Shown here one piece after another: positions 35,851 to 48,540 of a stretch of 64,000 nucleotides of DNA. Position numbers and translations under genes: made by a program. The stretch's first letter is position 1; each line of letters begins with the position of its first letter. The DNA is taken from positions 57,476,001 to 57,540,000 of the forward strand of contig NW_024704743.1 in NCBI RefSeq assembly GCF_018977255.1, read 5' to 3'. Source of the DNA: Callorhinchus milii. Its lineage: Eukaryota. A model generated the notes under the pieces. It did not search any database and was not told the origin of the DNA. It was given only the letters and a program-made list of their open reading frames with translations.

Positions 35851-37294
35851 GCAGGATCAGAGTCTCAAAGACCACAATGCATTCGAAAATATACAGCCAA
35901 TTCACTTTACAGTATATTCTGTGAAGCACTTTGAGACATCTCGAAGACATGATAAGGCGCTATATCAAATGAAAGGATTATTTTATCATTATTATCCCAC
36001 CTGGTCAGCATGAAGTTAAATGGCTGGCTCCACACCAAGGTTGCACTGGGCTGAGTGCACATAAATCAGCACTCTGCATACACGAACGTGAAGGAATGCA
36101 CACAAGAACAGACTTCTGCAAAACTGGATCTTGGAGGCTAGTTAATTTTTAACATTTTTGAAGCGCCTTTTGTCCATTGGCAAAGTAACTTCTTTTTTCA
36201 CACACTCTAGTTAATTTTGTAAATTCTAAAAAGCAATTTATTGATTTTCTGACCTATATTTGAATCTGACAGATTGGGAGACATGTGACCTGAGTTAAAT
36301 GTAAAGCACTATTAAATCACGTGCTCATGTACTTATGATAGGACAAAGTGGGGGCGCACTATGAAAAAGGGCTGTAAAACTTAAACCTATTAGACAACAT
36401 CATTAACAATACATCAGCAAAAATCATTATTGCCAAAATTTATTAAGCATTAAGCATTTAAATACATTTAATAAGGAACTCACTGAAGCAGGAAAATTGT
36501 TAGCTCACCAAGCAAAGGCTTCAACAACAGTTAAAGAATATTCACTAGCAATGTTGATACTGCTGCATGTTTTTGTGTTGGTGTGGGTGACACACCTCTG
36601 ACTTCCACATCAAAATGCTAAGCTGCCAAAATGAAAATAGTTTTAACAGCAACAAACATGATACATAAAAACACGTATAGTTTAGCCTGTTTTTTCTTTG
36701 GTCTGCCTGACACGCAAGCTTGCATCACTTGTATCAGATGATGTGAAGCTAATTTAGTTTTAGATTTCTGCAAGAATTAAAATTGAGTCTACCTAAATAA
36801 TCTACAGTCAATCAAACTCATTATATATTACACCGAGATATAAAAGATTACCTCTCATGTTATTTTACTTTTACCCTTATAGCTATGTTAATTTGTTATT
36901 AAACAGGATGCTTCAAATTCAATCATTTGTGGATGTATAATGTCCCATCTTCTAACTTACATAACAGAATTAGTCACAAATAATTCAGATAACCTCTGTG
37001 CAGCGTTTCTCCCCTTTAGTGCACCAATAGAACATTCACCACTTCAACACCGTACACTTTTTATTCTCGTAATAATAAACAGTTCAGAAGGGCCAAGAAC
37101 ATTGCCGTGACTTCCTTGATCGCTCAGTGAGTTTATCCAGCTGAGCCATATAAGATGTCACCCTATCAGTTGGAAGTATTTTCATCTCTGTGTCAGAAGG
37201 TTGTGGTTTCAAGTCACGTTGAGACATTGGGACATTGAGGTTGGGACATTGAACTCATGTAGTCTAGTTTCGCACTCTTGTGCTCCATTGTCGA

Positions 37295-37890
37295 ACAACA
37301 ACAACAACTTGGATTTATATAGTGCCCTCCACGCCGGACGGCATCTCAGAGAACTTAACAATAACGGATCCCAGGACCGAGCCAGGGGGAGAGGAGGAAG
37401 GTGACCAAAGGTGTGGTCGAAAAGAAATGTCTTCAGCCGAGGAAGAGAGGGGGCGACGGTGAAGGGAGTGAGGAAGGGAGTTCCAGAGCCTCAGGGCATA
37501 GTGGCTGAAGGCACGGCTGCCGATAATAGAGCGAAGGATTCAAGGTACAAGGAGGAGGCCAGACCCGGTGGAGCGAAGGCAACGGGCACTGTTGTGAGGA
37601 GAAAGGAGGTCAGAGAGGTAGGGGGCTGCAGAGGAGTGGAGGGATTTGAATAAAAGGGTGAGGATCTTGAAATCGATCATCCCTGGGACAGGCAGCCAGT
37701 GCAGTCTGGCGAGGACTGGGGTTATCGGTGAGCGGAGTTTGGTGCGGGTAAGAATGCGGGCGGCAGAGTGTTGGATGATCTAGATTTTATGGATGGTAGT
37801 GGAGGGGAACCGGCGTTTGAAAAGTCAAGCCGAGAGGTGACAAAGCCATGGACCAGGGTTTCAGGGGCTTTTGGGGAGAGGAATTGGTGA
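37295..37890 (-). mobile_element. L2 subfamily B 3' fragment
   Basis: ETLVHGFVTSRLDFSN; tail CAACTTGGATTTATATAGTGCCCTCCACGCC; collinear with the 54394 copy. Confidence 0.9.
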
Positions 37891-38272
37891 GAAACATATA
37901 AGATTCTTAAAGGGCTGGATAAAGTAGACACTGAGGGTCTGTTTCCCCTGGTAGGAGAATCTATAACCAAGGGTCACAGTCTTAAAATTAAGGGTCAGCC
38001 TTTGAGAACAGAGTTTAGGAAACATTTCTTCACTCAGAGGGTAGTGAATTTATGGAATTCACTACCCCAGAAGGCTGTAGATGCTCAGTCTTTGAACATC
38101 TTCAAGGCTGAGACTGATAGATTTTTTAAAAATAGAGGGATTTGGGGATATGGGGATAGGGCAGGTAATTAGAGTTTGGTCTGAAGATCAGCCATAATCT
38201 TATCGAATGGCGGGGCAGGCTCGAGGGGCCGAATGGCCTACTCCTGCTCCTAATTCTTATGTTCTTATGTTC
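37890..38272 (+). mobile_element. CR1 3' fragment
   Basis: ETYKILKGLDKV, GHSLKI, FFTQRVVNLWNSLP; tail (TCTTATGT)2. Confidence 0.92.
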
Positions 38273-39524
38273 TAGAGTGTAGTAGCTATGTCCTTTTAGG
38301 CAAAATATTATATAAAATCCATTTATTTCACGATTGGTTATGCTAAATCAATCTGCTATTTTGTTATTCAATAACGTTGTGGAATAAAATACATCTAACA
38401 TTCTTTACACTCTTTAAGCACTCTGAGACTCTACTCTGCGTGGTGGGCACACTATGTAAGTGCAAGTTGCTGTTGTTTACACTCACATCTCATTACACAT
38501 TCTTGATCCAAATTTTAATATTTTATTATGTATTTTGTAATAAAATTGTATATATTATTGGGGTTCAGTATGCAAACATGTACATATATATCCACATGCA
38601 GTTATCACATCTGACCTATTTCTTACCGGATCGTTTTAATTTACAAAAGTAACCTCGTTCTGCCATATCTCCTTTTAATATGCTATATATTTCAAAAAAA
38701 TATTCTGGCATTACGTTCTTATCTCAGATCAGCATACATTCTTTGTTCCTTTGTCCATTGCATTTCCACAGCTATCCTCTTCATGCCCAAGTGGATTTTA
38801 TATTCCAGGCACAACATCACTGGGTCCAATAAGAAATCTAATGGTAACCCTTTCCACCTTATCCTTAGAGCATCCATGGTTAGAACTAATTTCCCATCAG
38901 TCTAATGTATTCCAGTACTCTCCTGGAATTTCTTTGGACTTTAATCCATAGGACATATACGTGTTTTAAATGGGGTTTATATCGATGTGAATTTCGATGA
39001 ACCAACCTAATTTTCTTGGGAAATCAAACATTTATAGGGGAGCTTATCCCCAGTAAAGTGAAGATGATTCTTTCAGATTGGTTTGGGAGATGTTACTTAT
39101 TGGATTACCTTTTGAAATTTAATTATATCACATGCAGCATGTATGTAACCATGCATACCTCCTAGCATAGTACCTACCATACTTCATCTGATCCAGTTAG
39201 AGAACAGAATGAGATTATTTTATTTCACCTCTCCTCCCACTCCCTCTTTGAATCCCAAAATGCATTCTAACATTTGATGTGCTAATTTATAATACTATGG
39301 GACATCATCCACTTGGAAATGTCCCAGTTAATGTATTTCATGAATGAAGAACCTCCTGCTGCCCCCTGACTTTTTCAAATCATGGTCTTGCCTAAAGCCG
39401 CTGGCTGTAGTCATTAAAATAGTGGTGGTATCTTTGAATTTGCTACAATTTTAAAAGTTCAATGGCTGCAGCAACTGACTTTGGGCATTTTAATGAGGCA
39501 GCTAACACTGGAGGGAGAACCAAG

Positions 39525-39845
39525 TTAGGAGGACACCTCAAAGTACTTCACAGGATTCACTGTAAAGTGTAGTGACTGTGTATTTTGTAGATAAACGTGA
39601 CAGTCTATTTGTGCACAGCAATGTCTCATAAACAGCCAGGGACATCAAGAATGAAGCTACTGAACCGGCAGATGGGACATTAGTTCAACAATTCATCTGA
39701 AGGACGGTACCTTTGACATTAAGGGACAACCACAGCAGTCTATTGAAGTGTCAGTCTAGACTTGTGAGTTCATAGTCCCTGACGTGGGGCTTGAATCCAA
39801 AACCTTCTGACTCAGGATTGAGTGTGCTACTGACTGAGAAAAGCT
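39525..39845 (-). mobile_element. Deu-domain SINE
   Basis: TCATCTGAAGGACGGTACCT and GGGGCTTGAATCCAAAACCTTCTGACTCAGG. Confidence 0.78.
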
Positions 39846-40485
39846 GACACCAGTCTTTCTTCGAATTGAGAAGACCTGCAAAAAGGGAAAGAAAATAAAT
39901 AATTTAAAACATGGCGTTTCACCTTCCAAAGCAAATATATAGATCCTATCAATTCAACACATGCAGAATTTGAGATCCAACATTGTGCTAACTTGATTCT
40001 TAAATTTGCTGTGACTAAAATTATCCCCAAATTTTAAGTCACTGTATTCTCTCCTGTGTTTTCAATATAAAATAGCTCCAAAGTTTCCTTGCATTTGTTC
40101 AGATAAAGGAAATAGAATATTTTACACTTTATTAAGTCTGTTAGTCAGTAGAGAATCTGTTATTGATCAATTACAATAAATCAATTTCAATGAATAAGTG
40201 CTACAATTAAGAACATAAAAATCATAGAATGAGAGAAAGTCATTTGGCCCGTCAAGATCACTCCTTTTACAGTCCTATTAAACAATCTATCCACTAACCT
40301 GGGGGGATATTCTGCCTCCAATACTCCCTATTCCCCCTAGGCTATGAAGCAATGACTCCCCAAAGATTTCTACACTCCAATGTTACGTTTAATCACGATG
40401 ACGGACATTTAAAAACAGAATATGGACTCAGTCAGTATTTTGTGAAACAGCAAATACTGCCTCGAGGATATAGAAACAACCAAGA

Positions 40486-40650
40486 GAGAAATTCCACCTG
40501 GGTCCAGATTGACTCTATTTATGTAACTTTTCTGAGGATCTAGAATTTAACAAATTCTTAAATATAATCTTAATTTGAAGCCAATTTTCTGTAAATTCAT
40601 TAAGAATTACAGAAGACTGATTAAGTGTTAAGACTGAATTCAATAATTCG
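40486..40650. repeat. MITE-like family fragment
   Basis: AAATTCCACCTGGGT...TCTATTT...AGAATTT...TTTGAAG matches 42661-42760. Confidence 0.6.
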
Positions 40651-40654
40651 TAGG

Positions 40655-40975
40655 TGAAACTTGGCAGCCAATTTGCACCCGGCAATGTCCCACAAATAGC
40701 CATGAAGTGAATGATCAATTTTTCATTGAGGGTTTTGATGTCCAGGATATCCTTCTCTTTTTGAATACTGCCACGGGAGCTTTAAAGTCCGCTTAAATAG
40801 GCAGACGGGACCTCAGTTTAATATTTAATCCAAAGGACGACATGTCCAATAATGCAGCACAACCCCAGGCTGCATTGGAGTGTCACCTTAGGCTATATGA
40901 ATTTAAAGACCCAATGTGGGGCTTGAACCTACAACCTTCTGACTCAGGGACGAGACTCTTACCAACTGAAAGCAG
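40655..40975 (-). mobile_element. Deu-domain SINE
   Basis: AGGCAGACGGGACCTCAGTTTAA, CTGCATTGGAGTGTC, ACCTTCTGACTCAGG. Confidence 0.82.
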
Positions 40976-41477
40976 ATCGAGAGTGATGTTCTGTTATAAC
41001 TTCAGGTTCAGAATCCATAAAATCTGAACCCATGTTATAGTGAGACTTTGACTGCTCATGTGCATAATTGGCTAGCGCACCGGGACCTCGCTGATCAATT
41101 CTTGCGCAAAGCGGGAAATTCCATTGGTGGCAACCTAATGGCAAATAGCACAAAAAGCCAGCTAAACTGACTGCTGCATGGGAAGCGAGCCGGTTGGCTG
41201 CACACATGCACAATGAACAGGGTCCACATTGCAACTGCGTCATCGGCGAATTCATATGTTAGTGAAGCCTTTATAATGGATATGCATTGTAAATAATCCA
41301 CTTCTTATTCAATACTGTTTCGGAATTTTGCATGCATTTTAACTGTGAATCTGTGCGGAGGCACGTGCACAATTAATACTTCCTATGGCTTATGCAAATA
41401 CTATAATAGAACAATTTGACCTTTCCTATGGAGGAAAAGTAAACCTATATAGTCCCCTAACAGAGCACCAATGATCA

Positions 41478-41935
41478 ATAACAACAATTGCATTCATATT
41501 GTGCCTTTCATGGCAGATGGGGTCTTGGAATGCTTAACAGTGCCGGAATCTGATGCCAAGCCAGGAGGAGGGGGAAGGAGACCGTAGTCACAGTCAAAGA
41601 GGAAGGTCTTCAAGTGCAATTTGAAAATGGCGAGTAAGGGGGCAAAGCAAAGGCATTGAGGGAGAGAGTTCTGCGTGGATGAGGGTTTCGGCAGCTTTCA
41701 GAGTGAGATACGGATGGAGTCAGGCAATGTGGCGGAGGTGGAGGAAAGTGGTCCTGGCCAGGGCCTGGATGTGGGGCATGAAGGATAGCTGGGGGTCGAA
41801 CCAGCTATCATAACGTGAAAGGCGCTCTATAAATGGAATCTTGTTGTTGTTGTTGTTGAAAAGGAGGGTGCCAAGAATGGAGCCTTGGGGTACCCCCAGG
41901 TGATCGGGCAGGGGTGAGAGGAAAAACCATTGGCC
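41478..41935 (-). mobile_element. Fragmented L2 with a short plus-strand L2-A tail at 41811-41858
   Basis: GVPQGSILG and FDPQLSF; embedded ACGTGAAAGGCGCTCTATAAATGGAATCTTG(TTG)n. Confidence 0.8.
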
Positions 41936-42660
41936 AACATGCTTTCTTCTATACTTCACAAGATATCTCCTCCTATTAGCCCAACTGTTCCCTGATAAGT
42001 TCATGTTGTTAGAACTAGCCATCAGGGACATTTACAATGGGATGTGAAAATTGTGGCGCAAGCTACATGTTGCACTTGTGTACATTGACCGTTCTGTTAT
42101 TACAGGGAAGAACCCCTGATTCAGGTTTGATCGAAATTAGACAAAATGTAGGTATTACGAAGAAACTGAGTACTTCAGGAAACTAAAGGTTCCAGTCTTG
42201 ATTCAGATCTATTTGACATAAAATATGCCTTGCTGTAATGCACACATTTTCATGCTGCATCGACCACAAAATACATAGTCACTCCACTTTATAGGATATC
42301 GTGGGAAGCATTTTGAGATCTCCTTCTAAAGTGAAAAGTGCTATTACAAATTTAAGGACTATTATTATATTGTAACTGTTTTATAATCATATAACGTACA
42401 CTGACAAACAATAGCCCAGTATCAATTAAATTTACCTCTCCATCACCAAAGATGACCTGATATTATACTGGTCCCTGAATATGCAACATTGTTTTAATTA
42501 TTTTGTGCTTATCAACATGAGGTATCTCTTGTGATGAATGGAACTCTGGATCCAATACACAGAATAACCCTATTTATCCATCATTATATCATTCTGAACA
42601 CATTGGCTAGCAAAGTATGAAACTGCAATATTTTCTGGCAGCAATTAAATTCTTAAGGAC

Positions 42661-42852
42661 AAGTTCCACCTGGGTTTAGGTTTGTTCTATTTTCTTAGTA
42701 TTTCAGAGCTTGCAGAATTTGGCAAGTTGTTGAAGTCAGTTTTAACTTTGAAGTAAGTTTCCTGTATAAAGGAAACTTGCAGAAAATCTGCTTCAAAATT
42801 AAGGCCTTATTTAAGCATTTGCTCCAAAACGTTGAGACAACAGGCGGAATTT
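42661..42852. mobile_element. MITE-like element with terminal inverted repeats
   Basis: AAGTTCCACCTG ... CAGGCGGAATTT (10/12 complementary) and internal imperfect palindromy. Confidence 0.6.
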
Positions 42853-44389
42853 TTACAGTCCTGTGTTTTCACTGGCAAAGATCAAGATATTTTCTCTATG
42901 AATATATTAATTGAAGCAGAAGCCAAAGGGTGACAAGACATCATGTGTGATAAAAAATTGCAGAACCTGTAAACGCTGCACCAAGGAGAGTGAACAGACA
43001 ACATGCTGCTATTTCTTCACTCAACATTTTTTGTCTTTATTGCCTGAGAGACACAAGTCATGCTCATTTACATAGGTCAACTGCCTCATTTCTGCTTGTT
43101 AGAGTAATAAATCTCAATAGTTTCAACCAAAATCCTGTTGGAATTCTTAACTTATCAACAACATTAAGCAAAGGTGTCATGGATCCGAATATTTATAAGC
43201 CTTAATAGCTCAGTGTAAGTGTATGCAGTTACAATCATACAACTGTCTAAATGTCTCAATGCATGACACTTCAAACATCTGCTTTGTTTGTTTTAATTGG
43301 AGTCTTAACTATTTTTGTATGTTATCTGTTTCCTTTGAAGTAAGTTGGATATTTCTAACAAAAGTCATAAGCTCAAATGCCAAGTCCTCCACTAGTCTCT
43401 ATTTTAAATCTATCCAATTCACCACTTTAAACTCATTTAATGCTTGCATATATAATTCTCAATTCCCTAGCTCAGGTGGCAGTAATAGGATTAGTTATGT
43501 GAATAATTCAGATGGCTGAAGGCATTTTTCTGTCAATTGTGTATTTGAAAACATTTGAGGAATGCTCAGATTTGTCTCCTGAATCTTCATCTTGTTTTCA
43601 AAGCATCAGGGTTTACGTTAGTTTATCAGGACTGATATCTAGATAATCGAGTGCTCAATTGGCAATCCTTAATTCAGTTTATGCTTTTCCTCAGGTGACC
43701 TCTGTTGCATTAGCCTCTTACTTGGACTCAGCATTTCAGCTTTCCGGTGGTGCCATACCTCAACACCCATACATACGTGAGTTACTGTTTCACAAGGATA
43801 ATGCATTTTCAAACCCTTGCTCTTTGGTTTTCTTAACACAATTCTGTGCACTGGAGCAGAGCCTTTGGACAATGAAACTGGAATTCTATTTTCCATCAGA
43901 TTATATTTTGTGATTGATTTCTCATAAGGATCATAGTACTCTCCGATAATCTTATTTCAGAAGTGATAAATTGGATAACTGTGTCAATTGGCTATCTGTG
44001 TAAAAGCACTTGACATCTAGATCAGAAGATTATGAGTTTGGATTCTGACTAAGCCCTTCAGCTCATCTTTATAAGAGTGACACATGCTTCAGTAGAGGTT
44101 GAAAGAGAGCAGGCAGCACTCAGTGGTCAAAGGAAATAAAGCTGTGGCTTGCCAAACATAGAGTAAATTTCTTACAATACTCTTACCAAAGATAGAGCTA
44201 ATACACTTTTATGGACAATCTCCGGAAACTCCTCCCAAGTGACACAGTCACTACAGATTTGCTGCAAATCTGTGAAGCACTTTGAGATGTTGTTTCAATG
44301 TCTATAAAAATATTGTATTGACTCCAAGGGCAACAAGTGACAAAACACCCTTAAAATAAATACTTCAGGTTGGCCAGTATTTTCAGTGC

Positions 44390-44945
44390 TGTGTAAAAGG
44401 AAGGAGGGGACAGTAAACATGGTCAAAGTGGAAAGTCTTCAGGCATGAACTGGGGAAGGAAGGGGCAAGGTGAGGCAAAGAGGAAGAGTGTTCCAGAGTT
44501 GCGAGACGTAGTGGCTGAAAGTGGGGCCACCGATGGTGGAACGGAGAGCACGAGGGACATGCAGGAGGCTGGAGCCTGTCGAGGTGTGATCTGAAGACAG
44601 GGAAGGAGAAAGCAAGACGGAGGGATTGAGTGGGGTAATGGGGGTATGGAATTTGTTGAAGGTATGTATATGGAGGGGAAGTTTTGAATTAATTGAATGT
44701 TATGGATAGTGGAGCGATGGAGACCAGTGAGGAGGGCATTGGATTAATCCAGGTGGGAGGTCAGGATTTTTCGTGGATGAGAGTTTTGGCTGCGTTGGGT
44801 CTGAGGTAGGTCGGAGGTGGGTAACGTGATGGGAGGAATATGGTATCCGTCTTGCCAATATTCAACTGCAGAAAATTTGCATTCAGCCAGGCATTGATGT
44901 CTGACAAGCAAGCTGACAGAACCTCAGGGGACCTGGAAGAGAAGA
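44390..44945 (-). mobile_element. Old L2 fragment
   Basis: CLSDINAWLNANFLQLNIGKTD. Confidence 0.8.
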
Positions 44946-45024
44946 TTTCGGAACGTATAGTGTGCAATATAATTCACTCCTGTAATTATATTTCTCTAAG
45001 TGCTCTGAATATAATACGGTGCAT

Positions 45025-45430
45025 TATCATGTCAAAATATCTTCAAGCATTTCACAGTAATACAGGTTCTAAACTGGGTAATCCTGAATATGTATCTCTA
45101 ATATTGTAGTAACTGTGTGTTTTGTAGGGGAACACATCAGCCAATTTGTGCACAATAATCTCCCATGAGTAGTCAGGAGGTGAATGACCCATTTAACTAG
45201 AGACACAGACAGAAACTGCCTACCTTTATCAAAATATTTTGTGGTATCTTTAATGTCTATCTTAACAGGCAAAGGGATCTCGGTTTAATGACTCATTCGA
45301 ATGATGGCAGATGCCCCCAGCATTGCATTGGAGTGTCAGGCTAGTCTCTGAGTTTAAAATCCCAACGTGGGGTGCTTGATCCCCAAAACTTCTGACTCGG
45401 AGCAGAGAGTGCTCCCAACTGAGCCAGGCT
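45025..45430 (-). mobile_element. Deu-domain SINE
   Basis: GCATTGGAGTGTCAGGCTAG and TTCTGACTCGGAGCAGAGAGTGCTCCCAACTGAGCC. Confidence 0.8.
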
Positions 45431-45458
45431 GCCATCTGACACAACTATTAATATATGT

Positions 45459-46103
45459 AAACAGAAGTCGCTGGGAACACTCAGCAGGTCAGGCAGCATC
45501 TATGGAGAAAGGAAAGTGAGTCAATGTTTTGGGTCCACAACACTTCATCAGAACTGGGGCATGTTGGGAGTGAGAGGCTTTTAAGGACTAAAAGAGAGTG
45601 GGGAGGCAGGGTAAGGAAGACGAAGGAGAGGACAGGGGATGATGGGTTAAATAGGTGTTAATGATGCAAAACAAAGGGGGGATTGGAACAAAACAGGGAA
45701 AAAAGAGGTGTTAATAATGCAAAACAAAGGGGGGTAAAATTGCAACAAAATAGGCAGACCAAAGAGAGAAAAAGTGTGTCTGGGACCCAGATGATGTGGT
45801 AATGGTCACAGAAGAGAGGGAGGGGGAAGGTGAGCTGTTATGGTCTGAAATTATTGAAATCAATACTGAGGCCAGAGTACTGGAAGATCCCTTGCAGATA
45901 GATGAGGTGCTGTTCCTCGAGCTTGCACTGTGGCTCATTGGACCAGCGCAGGAGACCATGGATGGAGAGGTCGGAGTGCGAGTGGAAGGGAAAGTTGAAG
46001 TGGCAAGAAACCGGAAGCTCAGGGTTGGGCTTGCAGACAGAACTGAGGTGTTCGGCAAATCGGTCACCTAATCTACGTTTAGTCTCCCCATTGGAGAGGA
46101 GAC
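45459..46103 (-). mobile_element. Penelope-like element 3' part (GIY-YIG C-half + pLTR with hammerhead remnant)
   Basis: Minus translation GETKRRLGDRFAEHLSSV...HFN...KLEEQHLI; CTGATGA at 45551-45545. Confidence 0.85.
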
Positions 46104-47240
46104 ATTAAAAAGTGACAAGTCCCCTGGACCTGATGGTCTGGGTTTTAAAAGAGGTAGCTCATGAGATAGTGGAGGCCTTGTGTCTGATCTTCCAAAATTC
46201 TTTGGATTCTGGAACAGTTCCCATTGATTGGAAGATCGCAAACGTGACACCACTATTTAAGAAGGGTGGGAGAGAAAAGATGGGGATCTATAGACCAGTT
46301 AGTCTGACATCGGTGGTAGGGAAAATTTTAGAATCCTTAATTAAGGATGTGGGATACTTAGAGGATGACAATATGATTAGGCAGAGTCAACATGGCTTTA
46401 CAAAAGGGAAGTCATGCTTAACAAATCTTTTAGATTTTTTTGAGGACATATCAAGTAGATTAGATAGGGGGAATTAGTGGATGTAGTGTATTTAGATTTT
46501 CAAAAGACATTCAATAAGGTGTCACATAAAAGGTGGATCCACAAGATTAGGGCCCATGGAATTAAGGGGAATATATTAGCATGAATTGAAGAATGGCTAA
46601 CGGGAAGAAAACAAAGAGTAGGAGTAAACGGATCCTTCTCGGATTGGCGGGATGTGACTAGTGGAGTGCCACAAGGATCAGTGCTTGGGCCTCAGCTATT
46701 TATAATCTACATCAATGATCTAGATGAGGACATCAAACTTAATATATCCAAATTCGCAGATGACACTAAACAAGGAGGGAGAGTAAACACTGAGGATGAC
46801 ATTAAAAAAATGCAACGAGATATAGATAGGCGAGGTGAGTTGGCAAATAGGTGGCAGATGAAGTATAATGTAGGGAAGTGTGAGGTCATCCACCTAAGTG
46901 GCAAAAACAGTAGAGCAGATTATTTTTTAGAAGGGGAGAGACGAGATAGTGTTAGCGTTCAGAGCGACTTGGGTGTCCTTGTACACCAGTCACAAAAAGT
47001 TAGTTTGCAGGTACAGCAAGCAATTAGGAAGGCCAATGGTATGTTGATATTTGTTACAAAAGTGTTAGAATATAAGAGTGGGGAAGTCTTGCTGCAACTG
47101 CGTAGGGCCCTGTTGAGACCGCACCTAGAGTATTGTGTGCAGTTTGGAGTTAGAATAGATCAGCCATGATCTTATTGAATGGCGGGGCAGGCTAGAGGGA
47201 CCGAATGGCCTACTCTTGCTCCTAATTCTTATGTTTTATT
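46104..47240 (+). mobile_element. CR1 LINE, 5'-truncated, internally deleted, nested in the PLE
   Basis: [55 protein letters not shown], then a jump to the 3' UTR. AGAC TSD at 46100-46103 and 47241-47244. Confidence 0.95.
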
Positions 47241-47457
47241 AGACCACATCGTGAGCAGTGAATGCGGTAAATTACATTGGTGGTAGTACACATAAATCAC
47301 TGACTCACTTGAAAACTGTGGCGGGTTCCTGGACAGTGGTATGGGAGGAGGTGAAAGGGCAGGTATTGCCATAGATGCTGCCTGACCTGGTGAGCATTCC
47401 CAGCAACTTCTGTTTTTGTTTCAGATTTCCAACATCTGCAGTATTTTGTGTTTTGTT
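47241..47457 (-). mobile_element. Penelope-like element 5' part plus inverted pLTR piece
   Basis: Minus translation NTCPFTSS...CTTTNVIYRIHCSRCGL. 47369-47415 is an inverted copy of 45459-45505. Confidence 0.82.
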
Positions 47458-47574
47458 TTATCAATATACATATACCTGAATTGTACCATATTTGGAAAAG
47501 TATACACTAGAAAGCTTTGTTTAAAATTTGACTTATAATACGCTAAATGTTTCATTTCAGTAAACTATGAAGTT

Positions 47575-47765
47575 TAATAATAATAAGTCTTGCATTTGAT
47601 ATCGGGCCTTATCAAGTTATTGAGATATCTCAAAGCATTTCATGGAATATATTGTAAAGGGAATTGACTGTTTATATGTGGGTGAAACATGGTAGCCAAT
47701 TGTGTTTAGCAGTGTCCCACAAACAGTCGTCGATTGAGTGATCAAATTTATTTTATTTTTTGATT
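47575..47765 (-). mobile_element. Family S SINE 3' half
   Basis: TTGCATTTGATAT...GTGTCCCACAAACAGTCGTCGATTGAGTGA. Confidence 0.82.
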
Positions 47766-48074
47766 TAATGGATATATCAAATGTTGTTCCATAGTTTGTA
47801 TTCCTCATTGTGTCTCTCTATTATCCTGTTTCAGTTATTTTGTTTCTCTTTCTCTCTCGCTCTCTTTTCCACATGTATAAAACACACATATATAATAATA
47901 ATAATAATCATAATAATCACATATTCACACATCATTCAAGTGACTGTAGATAACAAGCATTGATAACTGAATGACATGTCTTTCCTCCTCACTAGTATCT
48001 ATTGTGTAGCAGAATTGATTGCTGAATTGTTTTTGTACTAAAAAAAGTGCTATTGATTTCAACACCAAGCTGTT

Positions 48075-48540
48075 TCAACTCCAGGGCATTGCTGATGATA
48101 GCACAGCCAGCCCGGCTCAGTAGCTGGAATTGGATGGGCAGACCAGTCACTGGAACAGGGACTCTTCCCACTCAGCTCCTGCTAACCTTGCAAACCAAAG
48201 CCCTCATGGGTAGAGTGGTCCCAGCTGGACAAACAGCAGGAAGATTGCCAGGCAGTGTTCTCCATGGCAAGCAATGTTTTTTTTTAGCTGGTTAGACTTT
48301 ACCAATACCCCTAACACACTCCGGCACACTCCAGATTCCTTGAGCTTTGTCTCTTACCAACCTGAGTCTAATAGTCTCTGGAATTAGGGAAACGGTGTAT
48401 CCTCCAGGGCAAGAGTCCACATTCCATTCCGGATACAGGGAAATTTCTCTGTGTAGGTGGCATATATATGTGAAACTCTCAGTCTGGTTTCTTGGACAAA
48501 GTAAAAGGTTTCTGATGCATCAGATGCCTGGCTGATCTTT
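48075..48540 (+). repeat. Family U copy
   Basis: Collinear with 35010-35450. Confidence 0.75.

Noticed and set aside
41060..41150. HRDLA kinase-like motif in a plus frame
   Set aside because: No following xxN or DFG motif, an early stop, and no splice sites.
45654..45735. ~28-bp direct repeat GGTGTTAAT.ATGCAAAACAAAGGGGG
   Set aside because: Local duplication within the PLE 3' region; no separate significance evident.
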